The notes beneath the pieces are model-generated. The model searched no databases and had not been told where the DNA came from. It saw only the letters and a list, made by a program, of their open reading frames with translations. Below are positions 1 through 12,461 of a DNA stretch of 64,000 nucleotides, one piece after another. Origin of the DNA: Mobula hypostoma (Eukaryota); contig NC_086097.1 of assembly GCF_963921235.1 (NCBI RefSeq), forward strand, positions 157,854,001 through 157,918,000, written 5' to 3'. The number at the start of each line of letters is the position of its first letter. The stretch's first letter is position 1. Both the position numbers and the translations under genes were made by a program.

Positions 1-521
1 AGGAACAAAAGAATAGTTCTGTTGTGACAGTGTCTCTTCTATTGTCTATTAGGACACAGAGCAGGTAGGAGATAGCAAAGAAACCTAAATAAATTGCAGA
101 TGTGCATCTGGTAAATGCAGGAGTCAGACACCATGTACTCTGATGTGAATGCTCCAATCCTTCACTAAAATAATCTTGGATTTAGATTTGATACCTCAAT
201 GAAAATCAAAAACAAAAACAGATACAAGAAATCTATAATAATAATAATAAAAAAGAGAATACTGGAAATACTCAGCATGTGTGGAAAAAGTTAAATGTTT
301 CAGACTGAAAATTTCTTCAGAACTCAGATGCAGTAGTGCATGTGCATTTAGCTTTGCTTATGAAATTTGGTTTCATTAAATTTGATAAGAGTTTAACTTC
401 ATAAGCAAAATGAAAATTGAATATAAAACTCCATTCAGGAACAAATCCCTATCACAAAAATTGACCTAAAAGATTTTACAAGTGTGCATGTTTCCTTCAG
501 TGTGTACATATGTAGATGTTA

Positions 522-645
522 AAAGCACACAGAAAATGCTGAAGGAACTCAGCAGATCAGGCAGCATCCATGAAGAGAAATAAATAGTAAAGCTGAGACC
601 CTTCATCTCACCTGGTGAGTTCCTCCAGCATTTTGTATGTGTTCC
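522..645. mobile_element. Penelope pLTR-derived mini-element, partial fold-back
   Basis: Left arm cacagaaaatgctgaaggaactcagcag...gagacccttcatc is inverted relative to right arm ctggtgagttcctccagcattttgtatgtg; resembles the Penelope 3' ends at 13778-13912 and 14975-15110. Confidence 0.7.
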
Positions 646-684
646 CCAGTGTGCATTCATATTCATTATCTAGTTTCAACAAAC

Positions 685-1130
685 TTATAACATAGAGTAG
701 TACAGCACAGCACAGGAACAGCCCCTTTGGAGCACAATGTTAAGCAGAACTAAGTAAACTGCTATGTAATTACTTAACTAAACTAGTCTTCTGCCTGCAC
801 AGTGTATATAGCTTGCTATGTATGTCTGCAGAAGAAGAATCTCAGTGTTGTATGTGTTACGTAGCTGCTCTGATAATAAATTTTACTTTGATCTTATATC
901 TCTCCATTTTCTGTAGATTCATGTACCTTTCTCAGAGCCTCTTAAAGACCTCTATCACATTTGCTTCTACTACCACCCTTTGCAGTGCATTCCAGGCATA
1001 TACTGTGTAAAAACAGCTTGCTCCACACTTCCCCTTTGTTTTTAAACCACTTCCCACCACCTGCTCCCCCCCCCCCCCACTTTTACCTTAAATGCAAAGT
1101 CTCTATTAGTCAATATTTTGACTTTTGACA
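685..1130 (-). mobile_element. Old CR1 LINE 3' fragment
   Basis: Resembles the reverse complement of the CR1 3' ends at 19000-19190 and 50200-50425 (acagcacaggaacagcccctttgg; ctcttaaagacctctat; gtgcattccagg). Confidence 0.55.
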
Positions 1131-1299
1131 CAGGGAGTTTCATTAGTTGAAACACATATTATTTCACACTGTCAAAAACTTCCTTAAATGTGACCCTGTC
1201 CTTGATGTGAGTAGCAGAGGCTCACATTCAGAACAAACAATGCTGCCATCACTTTGGATGAAGACATCAAAGTGAAACCTTATTCCAGTCAAAAGTAAC

Positions 1300-1500
1300 T
1301 GAAAACAGAAAATGCTGGAAACAAGCAGGTTGGGCTGCATCCATGAGAAAGGAACAGAGTTAACATTTCAAGTTGAAGACCCTTTATCAGAAATGGGAAA
1401 GAGATAAGAGAAGCTTGATAAGCTGAAGAGAGGGTGATTTAGAGGGTGGAAGATGTCTGTGATAGAGTTAAGCAGGGGTGACCATGAGGATAAACTCTTG
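1300..1500 (-). mobile_element. Old Penelope 3'-end fragment with degenerate hammerhead motif
   Basis: acagaaaatgctggaaac...gttaacatttcaagttgaagaccctttatcagaa; minus strand reads ttctgataaagggtcttcaacttgaaatgttaac. Confidence 0.55.
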
Positions 1501-1960
1501 GACCTTGAAAACTTGCCCCTCAGATCCCCTTTATAACTTTCCTCCTCTTCTTAAACCTATGCCCTCTACGTTCAGATTTTCCTACTCAGGAGGAAAGACT
1601 GTGATCATCCATCTTATCTATCCCCCAACTCCCTATATCCATTGATCTTCTGGCATTAAGAAATACAGTATATTCATTTCCTTCATAAATACACTTTCTG
1701 CCTTGGCCTCAACGATCTTCTACGGTAGAGGATTCCACAGTTTCACTTAACTCCAGGTAAAGGAACTTCTCCTGATCTCAGTTCTAAGTGGCATATCCTG
1801 TATCTTGACACTGTGACACCTGGCTCTGGACTCTGCATTCACTAGGAACATCCTCCCTATATTTACGTGTCTGAGTTGTACACATTTCTCGAGAAACTCA
1901 TAGCAATCAATGAGCCTTATCAGCAGTACAAGTATTCCAAGTCTTTTCTGAGTTCTCATG
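1500..1960 (-). mobile_element. Old CR1 LINE fragments
   Basis: gattccacagtttcac...aaggaacttctcctgatctcagttctaagtggc resembles the reverse complement of the CR1 ORF2 C-terminus. Confidence 0.55.
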
Positions 1961-2344
1961 AAAGTCAAGTGGAATGTTCTAGCTCCTCATTCAATGAAAG
2001 GACCCAACAGAAAACAAATATAGGACACATTTGAAATGGGAATACAGCAAGTTAGAGTCAAAATAGAAAGGGAAAGAGGAATAAAGATGAAAGGATAAAG
2101 AAGATGGCACAGAAAGAGAAATGAAAGGCAAATTTTAAAACTATCAGATAGAAGCAAAGGGCAGTATAACCTTGCGTCTGTGATTTATTGCATCAGTATT
2201 AGTCCTCAGAAACACAAGTGAATGGGCCCTGTGGCTCCACAGAATGTACAAGCAGTCATAAACCCTTAAGTGCAGAAGCAGCATGCTCACCATGTTCAGA
2301 CACACTGGAACTGCTCTCATATAAATATATGAATTGAAAGATAG

Positions 2345-2470
2345 AAAACAACAGCTTGCATTTATGTAGTGTCCCCAAGCTCTTCACAGGAGTGATTACC
2401 AAATGAAATTTGACACTGAGCTATATGCAGAGATATTAAGACTGGCAACCAAAAGCTTGGTCACAGCATA
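2345..2470 (-). mobile_element. Ancient L2-type LINE 3' end
   Basis: aacaacagcttgcatttatgtagtg...aaatttgacactgag...accaaaagcttggtc resembles recalled elasmobranch L2 3' ends. Confidence 0.5.
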
Positions 2471-2749
2471 AAAGTGGAATGTCAGAATAGTGAAGAAATA
2501 ATACTAAGATAGAATTTTTTAAACACCCAGTTTCATACTTCTACTCTCTGTATGGTATTTCTACCGATTCTAGTCTCCAAAATATTACCCACAATTCTTT
2601 CCCTTTCCATCCCTTCATGAGGTCCTTCAAATCTGTTTCACTGCTCTATACGAATGACCCTTAAACTCTTCCACATTCTTACCCAATCCTTATGTTCATT
2701 AATTTATTAAAAATAAATAAAATCTCAGTTTGATTGCACTGATCAACAC

Positions 2750-3580
2750 AATGTTTGCAGATGACACAGACTGCTGATAGATAGAAGTCTTAGGTTACAG
2801 GATGAAATGGGCTATGAAATGGCAAATATTGTTTAATCCAGATAATGTGAGATTAGAGCTTTGAGAGTACTTTTGAGGTTAAGACATACACCATAGGCCT
2901 TAGGTAGTATTGAAGAACAGAGGGACCTTGCTGTACAAGTTCTTTCAAGATGGCAATATAGGTAGATACTGTGGTTCAGAAGGTATTTGGGAAACTGGCC
3001 TTTGTGAGCCAGGGCAATGAACGCAAGAAGAGGGAGGTTATGCTTCAACCTTATAAAACATTGGTCAGAGCTCAGCTGGAAACAGTTCTGGTTACAATAT
3101 TGTAGGAAAGATAGGATACTGCTGGAGATGAGACACGTCAGCTTGATACCAGAGATGGAGCAGTTCTGTTAGGGGACTGGAGGAGACAGTTCTGTTTTCT
3201 CTGGAGTGGTGGTGGTTAAGAGGGGAAATGATCGGTGGTATAAAATTATCAAAGGTACAGATAAGGTAGATCGCAAGAAACATTTCCCCATATATGAGGT
3301 AGATGAAACTAGAGGATATTGGTTTATGGGAAGAAACTAGGAGACTTAGAAGGGATCTAAGGGGGAAAATTTCCCAGATAGTGGCAGGTACCTAAAATGC
3401 GCTGCCTGAAAATGTGGTTAAAAGCAGTTTGCTGCCAGCATTTAATTAGTATGTACATGAGCACTCGAATCATCTAGGTGTATAGGTTACGGGCCAAGTG
3501 CTGGGAGCTGGAATTAATACAGATGGTGGCCCATTGATTGGCATAGATGTGCTGGTTTGTATGCCTGCTTCAAAGTTGCA
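2750..3580 (+). mobile_element. Degenerate CR1 LINE (RT C-terminus to 3' UTR)
   Basis: tttgcagatgacac (FADD), gaacagagggaccttg, tataaaacattggtcag; collinear with the CR1 at 47260-48190 but with many stops and indels. Confidence 0.75.
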
Positions 3581-3640
3581 ATTCTCTAGTTCAAGATCCA
3601 AGATCTCTAAGATAGAAAGTCCCTAAGATTCAAACCTAGC

Positions 3641-4350
3641 AAGATGGCACCAGCAACCAATGCCACTAACATCAACATCCTGCAGACAGTTCACAAAACT
3701 ACTTCTTCGCCTTCTTTCAAATATACATCTGCTACTAATCTGTGTGCAATTGGAGCCTGTTATTGACATTTTGATAATGTGTTTTTGGGCTCAATAAGAC
3801 TTTGACTGTCTCCAAGAGAACTTGGCGTGGTTGAGCAGAACGGAATGTGCCTAATAGCAGAGTGCCAACCCATGATCGGCTCCAACTTTTGACCAACTCA
3901 CTGAGTAAAGCATTGAGCAAGACTGAGATCAACAAGGATGAGAACGGAAGGCAACCGGGTGTAGAGTACTGTCTGCCTACATTTGACTGCTCTCTCTCTC
4001 CATCTCTCGCTCACTGCTGGTGGAGGAAGGTGCAGGAGTTTTGGGTCTTGGAAAAGGTTTGAACAGCACAGTTTGTGAGTTTGATATGTTCTTAGAGTCT
4101 CTGCAGTTCATGTCATTTATGCTTCTGGTTTCTGGTTACTCTATTTTTATTGATTTTTGCATGACTTTGATCGGGGAGGACTGGCTCTATGGCCTGCAGT
4201 CAACAAATGACACAGCAGTAATCTGAACTGAACTGAACTTAACTGAACATGCCTAGACTTCTTCAAGGATTCTGCCGTTTGATGTTTAATATTCTGTGTT
4301 ATTCACTTGTTTCTTGACGTTTGTATGTTGGGTGTTTGCTGCTTTCTTTG
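3641..4350 (+). mobile_element. Probable non-autonomous LINE-derived element (aagatggc head)
   Basis: Starts aagatggcaccagc, like the 8938 element head; has (CTGAA)n at ~4222-4247; no coding capacity. Confidence 0.35.
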
Positions 4351-4353
4351 TAA

Positions 4354-5178
4354 AGCAACAACCTGGCACTCAATGTCAGTAAGACGAAAGAGCTGATTGT
4401 GGACTTCAGGAAGGGTAAGATGAAGGAACACATACCAATCCTCGTAGAGGGATCAGGAGTGGAGAGAATGAGTATCTTTAAGTTCCTGGGTATTAAGATC
4501 TCTGAGGATCTAACCTGGTCCGAACATATCGGTGTAGTCATAAAGAAGGCAAGACAGCGGCTATACTTTATTAGGAGTTTGAAGAGATTTGGCGTGTCAA
4601 CAAATACACTCAAAATCTTCTATAGTTGTACTGTGGAGAGTATTCCAACAGGCTGCATCAATGTATGGTACAGAGGGGCTACTGCACAGGACCGTAAGAA
4701 GCTGCAGAAGGTTGTATATCTAGTCAGCTCCATCTTGGGTACCAGCCTACAAAGTACCCAGGACATCTTTAGAGAGCAGAGTCTCAGAAAGGTAGCATCC
4801 ATTATTAAGAACCTCCAGCACCCAGGGCATGCCCTTTTCCCACTGTTACCATCAGGTAGGAGGTACAGAAGCCTGAAGGCACACACTTAGTGATTCAGGA
4901 ACAGCTTCTTCCCCTCTGCCATTTGATTCCTAAATGGACATTGAATCTTTAGACGCTACCTCATTTTTAAAAAAAATATAGTGTTTCTGTTTTTCACTTT
5001 TTTAATCTATTCAATATACGTAATTGATTTACTTGTTTGTTTATTATTATTTTATTTATTGTTTTTTTTTCTCTGCTATATTATGTATTGCATTGAACTG
5101 CTGCTGCTAAATTAACAAATTTTCCATCATATGCTGGTTGATAACAAACCTGCTTATGATTCTGAATCCTCTGATTCT
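4354..5178 (+). mobile_element. Rex1/Babar-type LINE 3' fragment (post-RT domain and 3' UTR)
   Basis: NNLALNVSKTKELIVDFRK...FKFLGIKISEDLTWS...KKARQRLYFIRSL...LLPSGRRYRSL (ORF 4399-4890); tail gattctgaatcctctgattctg. Confidence 0.85.
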
Positions 5179-5457
5179 GTTAGTGCAATCCTATTACAGC
5201 TCGGGTTTCCTGAGCTTGGAGTTCAATTCCAGTGCTGTTCTGAAAGGAGTCTCAGTACAGTCTCCTCATTGAACGTGTGGGTTTTCTCCAGGTCTTCTGA
5301 TTTCCTCCCTCAGTCCAAGCATGTAGCGGGAAGGTTAATCGGTCATTGTAAGTTGTCACATGATTAGGTTAGGTTCAAAGGTTGCAGGCGTGGCGTGGCG
5401 CGGCTCGAAGGTCTGGAAAGGCCTACTCTGTGCTGTTTCACAAATAGACAAATAAAT
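5179..5457 (+). mobile_element. V-SINE (HE1-like), 5' truncated
   Basis: B-box gagttcaattcc, V-domain-like gtgtgggttttctccaggtcttctgatttcctccc, ttaatcggtcattgtaagttgtc, CR1-like tail; similar to 58349-58620. Confidence 0.75.
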
Positions 5458-6304
5458 CTCCCTGCATCCATAACACTCTGAAATAAATCTAATTTGCAAC
5501 ACTGAATGTTGAAACAGCCAGTTTTACATCCTTAAAAGTCTTTCTTCTGACAGCAATGCAGTGTGTATAGCAAGAATGTTATCAAAAGTAGATTAAAAGA
5601 TGCGAACATGACCTCCAGAAAGTATTTACTCCTCGTGGAAGTGTGCTTCCCGTTTCCTTACTACTTTTCTCACTCTCTAATTTCAGGGTTGAAATTAAAT
5701 CATGTCAGAGTCTTTCTGATTTAAATTACCAGCTTGACGTGACAAGAGCAATATTAATTTGCTTTGATGACATCAATCAGCAATTTCATAACATACCTTT
5801 AATCTCAATAAATAAGGCACAATTTTTCGCCTAGCCTGATTGCAAAGTAGCACAAAGCAACCAACACATTGAAGTTGATGGCATTTTTCTCTGTTGCCAT
5901 AATACTGAACTTTGTTTCAAATTGACAATGGCAATGCGTCTGAGCCAATGCGTATCAAGTATGAGCTGGGAAGAGACGGATTCACAGTCACTCCACCTGA
6001 CATCATTTTGACAACATCCAGGCAAAAGGTGTGGTAGTACTGATTGAAATATAAATCGCTCCTACAGAGATTTGCTTGCTTTGCATTACTGATTCACATA
6101 AATTGGATGGAAACATGCAAAATTCCTGGGCATCTTGAGAATAGATACTGACCTGATGTATGAGGGGGAGGAGGGGATCACAGTCTGATATTCAATGTGT
6201 CCTACATTCAGCACAGCAATGAGAACACATTTCTTTACTCAGAGTATGGCAAATCTTTGGAACTCTCTCCTTGCGAGCTCTCCTCACAGCTGGGTTGCTG
6301 TGAA

Positions 6305-7864
6305 TAGTCATAGTCATAGTCATAGTCATACTTTATTGATCCCGGGGGAAATTGCTTTTCATTACAGTTGCACCATAAATAATAAATAGTAACAGAACCA
6401 TAATAGTTAAATAGTAATATGTAAATTATGCCAGTAAATTATGAAATAAGTCCAGGACCAGCCTATTGGCTCAGGGTGTCTGACCCTCCAAGGGAGGAGT
6501 TGTAAAGTTTGATGGCCACAGGCAGGAATGACTTCCTATGACGCTCTGTGTGGCACCTCGGTGGAATGAGTCTCTAGCTGAATGTATTCCTATGCCCACC
6601 CAGTACATTATGTAGTGGATGGGAGACATTGACCAAGATGGCATGCAACTTAGACAGCATCCTCTTTTCAGACACCACCGTGAGAGAGTCCAGTTCCATC
6701 CCCACAAAATCACTGGCCTTACGGATGAGTTTGTTGATTCTGTTGGTGTCTGCTACCCTCAGCCTGCTGCCCCAGCACACAACAGCAAACATGATAGCAC
6801 TGGCCACCACAGACTTGTAGAATATCCTCAGCATCGTCCGGCAGATGTTAAAGGACCTCAGTCTCCTCAGGAAATAGAGACGGCTCTGACCCTTCTTGTA
6901 GACAGCCTCAGTGTTCTTTGACCAGTCCAGTTTATTGTCAATTCGTATCCCCAGGTATTTATAATCCTCCACCATGTCCACACTGACCCCCTGGATGGAA
7001 ACAGGGGTCACCGGTACCTTAGCTCTCCTCAGGTCTACCACCAGCTCCTTAGTCTTTTTCACATTAAGCTGCAGATAATTCTGCTCACACCATGTGACAA
7101 AGTTTCCTACCGTAGCCCTGTACTCAGCCTCATCTCCCTTGCTGATGCATCCAACTATGGCAGAGTCATCCAAAAACTTCTGAAGATGACAAGACTCTGT
7201 GCAGTAGTTGAAGTCCGAGGTGTAAATGGTGAAGAGAAAGGGAGAGAAGACAGTCCCCTGTGGAGCCCCAGTGCTGCTGATCACTCTGTCGGACACATAG
7301 TGTTGCAAGCACACGTACTGTGGTCTGCCAGTCAGGTAATCAAGAACCCATGATACCAGGGAAGCATCCACCTGCATCGCTGTCAGCTTCTCCCCCAGCA
7401 GAGCAGGGCGGATGGTGTTGAACGCACCGGAGAAGTCAAAAAACATGACCCTCACAGTGCTCACTGGCTTGTCCAGGTGGGCGTGGACACGGTTCAGCAG
7501 GTAGACGATGGCATCCTCAACTCCTAGTCGGGGCTGGTAGGTGAACTGGAGGGGATCTAAGTGTGGCCTGACCATAGGCCGGAGCAGCTCCAGAACAAAG
7601 TCTCTCCAGGGTCTTCATGATGTGGGATGTCAATGCCTCCAGTCTGTAGTCGTTGAGGCCGCTGGGGCGCGGCGTCTTCGGCACAGGGACGAGGCAGGAC
7701 GTCTTCCACAGTACAGGAACCCTCTGGAGCCTCAGGCTCAGGTTGAATACATGGCGAAGTACTCCACATAGCTGAGGGGCACAGGCTTTGATCACCCTGG
7801 TACTGACACCATCCGGTCCTGCAGCCTTGCTTGGGTTGAGACGTTTCAGCTGCCTTCTCACCTG
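6305..7864 (-). mobile_element. Rex1/Babar LINE, 5'-truncated, young
   Basis: RT ORFs 7517-7861 and 6574-7575; 3' tail (TAGTCA)n on the + strand at 6305-6330; the same 3' end recurs at 61279-61395. Confidence 0.92.
6574..7861 (-). pseudogene. Rex1-type reverse transcriptase, one frameshift near 7580-7600
   Basis: KAAGPDGVS, PVPKTPRPSGLNDYR, LDPLQF, FFDFSGAFNTI, GAPQGTVFSPFLF, KFLDDSAIVG, YKYLG motifs. Confidence 0.9.
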
Positions 7865-7874
7865 AGACTCACAG

Positions 7875-8440
7875 ATCAGTATGGTAGGGATACAGGACCT
7901 TTAGCCCATCCAGCTAACCCAACCTTCTGCAATTGACCCATACTCTACCAAGCTCCACCCCTCCTTGTGCCTATCCAAGGGCTTCCTAAATCTGCTTCAA
8001 CCACTTCCCCTGTCAGCTCATGTATTCACCACCTTTTGTGTGGGAAATGTTGCCCCTCGGGTCCCTTCCAAAACTTTCTCCTTCACCACAAACCAGGCCC
8101 CCTAGTTGTGGACACCCCTAAACAGGGAAATGACTGTTACTACCCACCTTACCAAAGCCCCTCATAATTTCAAGCACCTTTATAAAGTTGCCCCTTATTG
8201 TTCTACCTTCCGATAAAAAAGACCTAGTCTGATCAACTCTCTAGTCCTGGCATCAACTTCATAAGAATTCTCTGCACTCTTCCCAGTTTAACCATGTCTA
8301 CTCTACATGTAATGGAGTGGTTAACACTGTACACACTGATCCGTGTGGCTCACCAGTGGCTTATACAACTGCGACACAATGCCCAACCCAGTATGACGAT
8401 GACCAGAGTGCTAAATACCTTCTTGACCACCTATTGTCTA
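7875..8440 (-). mobile_element. Old CR1 LINE 3' fragment
   Basis: ccctcataatttcaagcacctttataaag, ctagtcctggcatcaac, ctctgcactctt resemble the reverse complement of the CR1 ORF2 end. Confidence 0.6.
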
Positions 8441-8921
8441 ATACATTCAAGGCATAGATTGGATTTTGTATAGCAAAGGAATCAAAAATAGAGAGTCAGT
8501 GTAAGGAAGTGTCTCTGAGCTAAGATCAGCTCTAATCATATTGAATAGGTGAATGGGGGAAAGGCCGAATAGTCCACTCCCACTGTGTTTCTTCAGAATT
8601 GTGACAGCATGGAAATAAGCCCTTTGACCCATGGAGTTACATGTGAACTAAGTGACCCCCCCCCTCAACTTCTACACTCTCCCCCGATAGTTCTGCATTT
8701 TAACATTTATTTTTAATATGCTGTTCAATTCCATTTTGAATACCACAATTGAATCTGCTCTTATCTATGAAAGCACATTCTCAATTCTCACCATTCACAG
8801 AATTAAACATTTTTATCCTCATAGCATAATGGGTTCCATTGCTAATCATTTTCATTTTATGACCTCTTGTTCTTCCCCCTCTCTGGATTCTCATACCTCT
8901 GTTAGCTCCCATACAGCTTCC

Positions 8922-9622
8922 TCTGAGGAGGAAGAGAAGATGGCGGCGTAACACGACACAGCACGCGCGGCCACTCCGGAATGATATCTGTATTTGTTAA
9001 GTAGGGTACCGTGCACAATTCTGATTTGATCGAGACAGACGTGAGAGCGTGGAGGAACATCTGGAGAAACTTCTGAAATGCCAGCTTCACTGCCGCCACT
9101 ACTGTGTGGTCCGGAATCTCCGGAGGAGTAGGCCTCTGAGTCCTCGGCTTTGCTTGTTTTGGCGGCCAGGACGAGGTCGAAGGCGCTCGGCAGAGGATGG
9201 CGCTCAGGAGGTTGTATCGGAGGGGCTGGTCGGAGGCTCGAAGTTTTTGAACGGACTCAGTCGGCTGTGGTCGGGTGCTTCCAATGCATCGGCAGTTGTG
9301 AGATGTCAATGCCTGGAGGTTTATGGCAGGGGAGTTTCCCCCTTTTTGCTGCCTGTTATCAGGGACTATAGGAGTCGATCGGGACTTGAGACTTTTTTTA
9401 ACCATGCCCATGGTCTGTTCTTTATCAAGTTATGGTATTGTTTCGCACTGTTATAACTATACGTTATAATTATATGGTTTTGTCAGTGTTAGTCTTTGGT
9501 TTGTCCTGTTTTTGTGTGATATCACTCTGGAGGAACATTGTATCATTTCTTAATGCATGCATGCATTTCTAAATGACAATAAACGAGGACTGAGTGTCCT
9601 CATAATCTAATAATCTAATCTA
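8922..9622 (+). mobile_element. Young CpG-rich non-autonomous retroelement
   Basis: Head gagaagatggcggcg, CpG-rich body, AATAAA then a (TAATC)n-like tail; interrupts an old minus-strand CR1-like sequence. Confidence 0.65.
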
Positions 9623-10519
9623 TCTCAAGGAGCACAACCCCAGTTTTCTTCTCTCCAGCATAGAATTAGAGACCCTCATTCTTAGAATGCCTCTAGTATA
9701 ACTCTCTATGACTCCAGATCTTCTCACTGTGTGGTGACCATAGCTGGCTGTAAAACACCGGTGGTGGCTGAAGCAGTGTTTTATAAACGTTACATAAGAA
9801 AAAGTAGAAAAAAATCTGTATAAATGTGACAATAAAATTAATTGGGAACAGCTGCTTACAAAGTAGCGAGCATATAATCAGCAGAAACATGTTCTGATAG
9901 CGATTTATTTCATAATGTTCATTCATTTGTGAGCAAAATTAAGCCAAAAAGACAACTAATAAGGCATTCCCAAACTTTTCTTTTTGTTTCAGAAATATTC
10001 AAACATTGTTTATACATCTTCAAAATTTATTCTCCCTTGCATTTTCAGATCTCATGTATCCCTAGTAATTTTTTAATTAATCTGAAGCAATACATTTGCC
10101 ATAATGTTTTTAATTTCATCTTCCTATTTTATTGTTTGTATTGCTATAAAAATGAAAGAATTGAAATAAAAACCATTGAAATTGATTTTGCTGTTTTGAG
10201 AAATGTCATTTTCACATCGAAGTAATCAAATTATCCGTTATCTCTTGTGTTTAATTGTTTCCTCAAGCACACAGAAACTTTCCATGATTCTAAACAATAG
10301 TAATTCCTCATTACTGAAATGACAAAGCCTTATATTTATTTAGCTCCATTTATAATCTGAGTACATTTCAAAACACTTTACAATCAATGATGTTTGAAAT
10401 ATAAGTAACATGGCACTCAATTTATGCACAGCAAAACAGCAGAATCAACAAAAATATTAAATGACCAAGACTCTAATTACACCAGCCATGCTTACATTCT
10501 GACCCTATAATTACCAGGA

Positions 10520-10640
10520 TTCTGATGAAGGGTCACCGATCTAAAGCATTTTCTCTGATTGCCTTTCCACAAATGCTACCTACCTGTTGAAAATCTTCAG
10601 TATTTCTGTTTTTATTTCAAGCCTTCAGTATCTGCAATGA
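10520..10640 (+). mobile_element. Old Penelope pLTR mini-element beginning at the hammerhead core
   Basis: ttctgatgaagggtcacc...aatgctacctacctgttga...cagtatctgca; degenerate version of 18583-18715. Confidence 0.55.
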
Positions 10641-10954
10641 TTTTCCCCCCAGTTTTAACGATCATGCTATCTGTTTTAGGCATTTCTGAAGTTGATATTG
10701 AACAGGACAAAAAGAAAAAAAATCCATGATTATATTCAATAAACATTATGATTGCTACTTAGTCTGAGGGAATAGATGAGGTGTGGTTTAAAATTGCAAC
10801 TGAAAAAATTAAGTAAAATTCCCTTAATATTCCATTGCTAATGCCTAAATCTCTATGTGTACATTCGGTAGTTTTCAAATTAACATTAACACCTAAAATT
10901 GTGATAATAAAACATTATTTTTCTCCTAAAATGTCAAAAAAATAAAAAATAAGT

Positions 10955-12310
10955 AAGATGCCCCAATGCTTCACAGAAAAATTACCAAAAGAGAAGGCAT
11001 GTAACCATACACGAAATAATTGTGCAGTTTACAAGGGCATTGTCTAGGGAAAAAGGCTCTAAGGAGAGTCTCAACAGAGAAAGTCAAAATAGAGAGCACA
11101 AAAATTATAGGGAAGGAGTTGAACAGATTAGTGTCCTTAAAGCTGAAATCACAGCTGGACTGACTGAAGTCAGGGATGTTGAAGAGTCAGAATGGGAAGT
11201 TCATAGAAATATATGACCACAGGAGATGATTAACATAGGAGGGCAGCAAAGGTATGATGGCATTTAAAATTAAACTTGATTTAATGTGGTTTCTAATGGC
11301 ATTTGTCACTAACAGCCTCTGACAACCAAGTCCAACTCTTGGTTTTCACATGTGGCTTAGCTACTAGCCCAGCAGTACTGTTTCTATTGACAAGAGAAGG
11401 GGCAAAGGCAGACCACAGCCGCCTCAAAACCAGTTGCCTCGGGCAGGTAGGGCTCATCAGCCTTGGATCACAGCCCACCTAGGAGAAGGAAAACTCTGAT
11501 TTTAACCCTCCACTTCCTTGCAGCTGTACCCACCCATGGGAAAGGCTTTGGGAGTAAACCCTGCAGAAGAAATCCGGAGCCAGGATCTCTAAGGCAGTTT
11601 GATGTTGTTTACAACTTCACCCTGGCAACTTCTGCAACGACACTGATGCCGAGCTGTATCAGTACTTGCCCTTCCCTTGGACTACATCAGTGACCTGGAG
11701 AGGGGGAACCTGCTGCATGGGCAACAGCCGGTTCTTCAAATCTTCCCACCCAGGCTTGAATCCTGGAGAGGACACAGTCCACCACAGATGCAAACCCATG
11801 ATTCCCTGGGATTGACAGCTACCTACTAGACTTTAATGTCAAGATGTTATTTAAGCAATAGCCACTGTAAGTCAATGAGCATTTGGGTGAAAGCAACTTC
11901 CTGCAAGTTCAGTTAGGCAGCAGAGCTTTGGTTAACAACAATCTGGAGGGTGCAGTGACAGAGATGACTTAGACCAGTAATGAAATAGCCATATGTAATC
12001 ATAGCAGATGCATGAAAATTGATATATTAGTTTAGGAGGTGAATCAGAGACAACATGGAGAGACAAACATGAAGACTGGTGTGCATCTGTAATCAAATTG
12101 ACTTGGGTTAAAAAATGTCATCAAAGGTGCAACGTGTGTTGTTCATCCTTCACCAATGTCACAAAGAAATAAAGAGCCAGTGGTATGATAATGGAGATTA
12201 TTGCAAGGATCAGTGGCAATGATTTTGACTTTTTCCAATATTTTCAGAAGATATTCCAGCTGATCCAGTATGAGAAGTGAGGCAACAATCTGACAGCTTA
12301 AAGCCAAAAA
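10955..12310 (-). mobile_element. Ancient L2-type LINE fragment, interrupted at 11288-11831
   Basis: ccccaatgcttcacag resembles the element at 2345; purine-rich degenerate sequence continues on both sides of the insertion. Confidence 0.45.
11288..11831 (+). mobile_element. Non-autonomous RTE-related short element
   Basis: RTE-5'UTR-like cccacctaggagaaggaaaactctgattttaacc; flanking duplication tttaatgt at 11280-11287 and 11832-11839; 3' part shared with 57272-57470 and 63670-63845. Confidence 0.65.
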
Positions 12311-12379
12311 CAAATAACTATTGATATGCTTCACAGCTTCAGTTTGCTTTATCACATCATCCATCAAAGCATTTTGAAA

Positions 12380-12461
12380 CATGTTCCACCTCTACTGTGT
12401 TCTTGTCATGTTCCACCTCGACTGTGCACTTGACATATTACACCTGTACCGTACTCTGGAT
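12380..12461. repeat. 27-bp tandem repeat, three diverged copies
   Basis: atgttccacctctactgtgttcttgtc / atgttccacctcgactgtgcacttgac / atattacacctgtaccgtactctggat. Confidence 0.8.

Noticed and set aside
8902..9456. Overlapping 135-169 aa ORFs
   Set aside because: No recognisable domain; expected by chance in a GC-rich repeat.
12380..12461. Possible CRISPR-like array
   Set aside because: Head-to-tail diverged 27-mers with no unique spacers, in vertebrate-type DNA with no cas genes.
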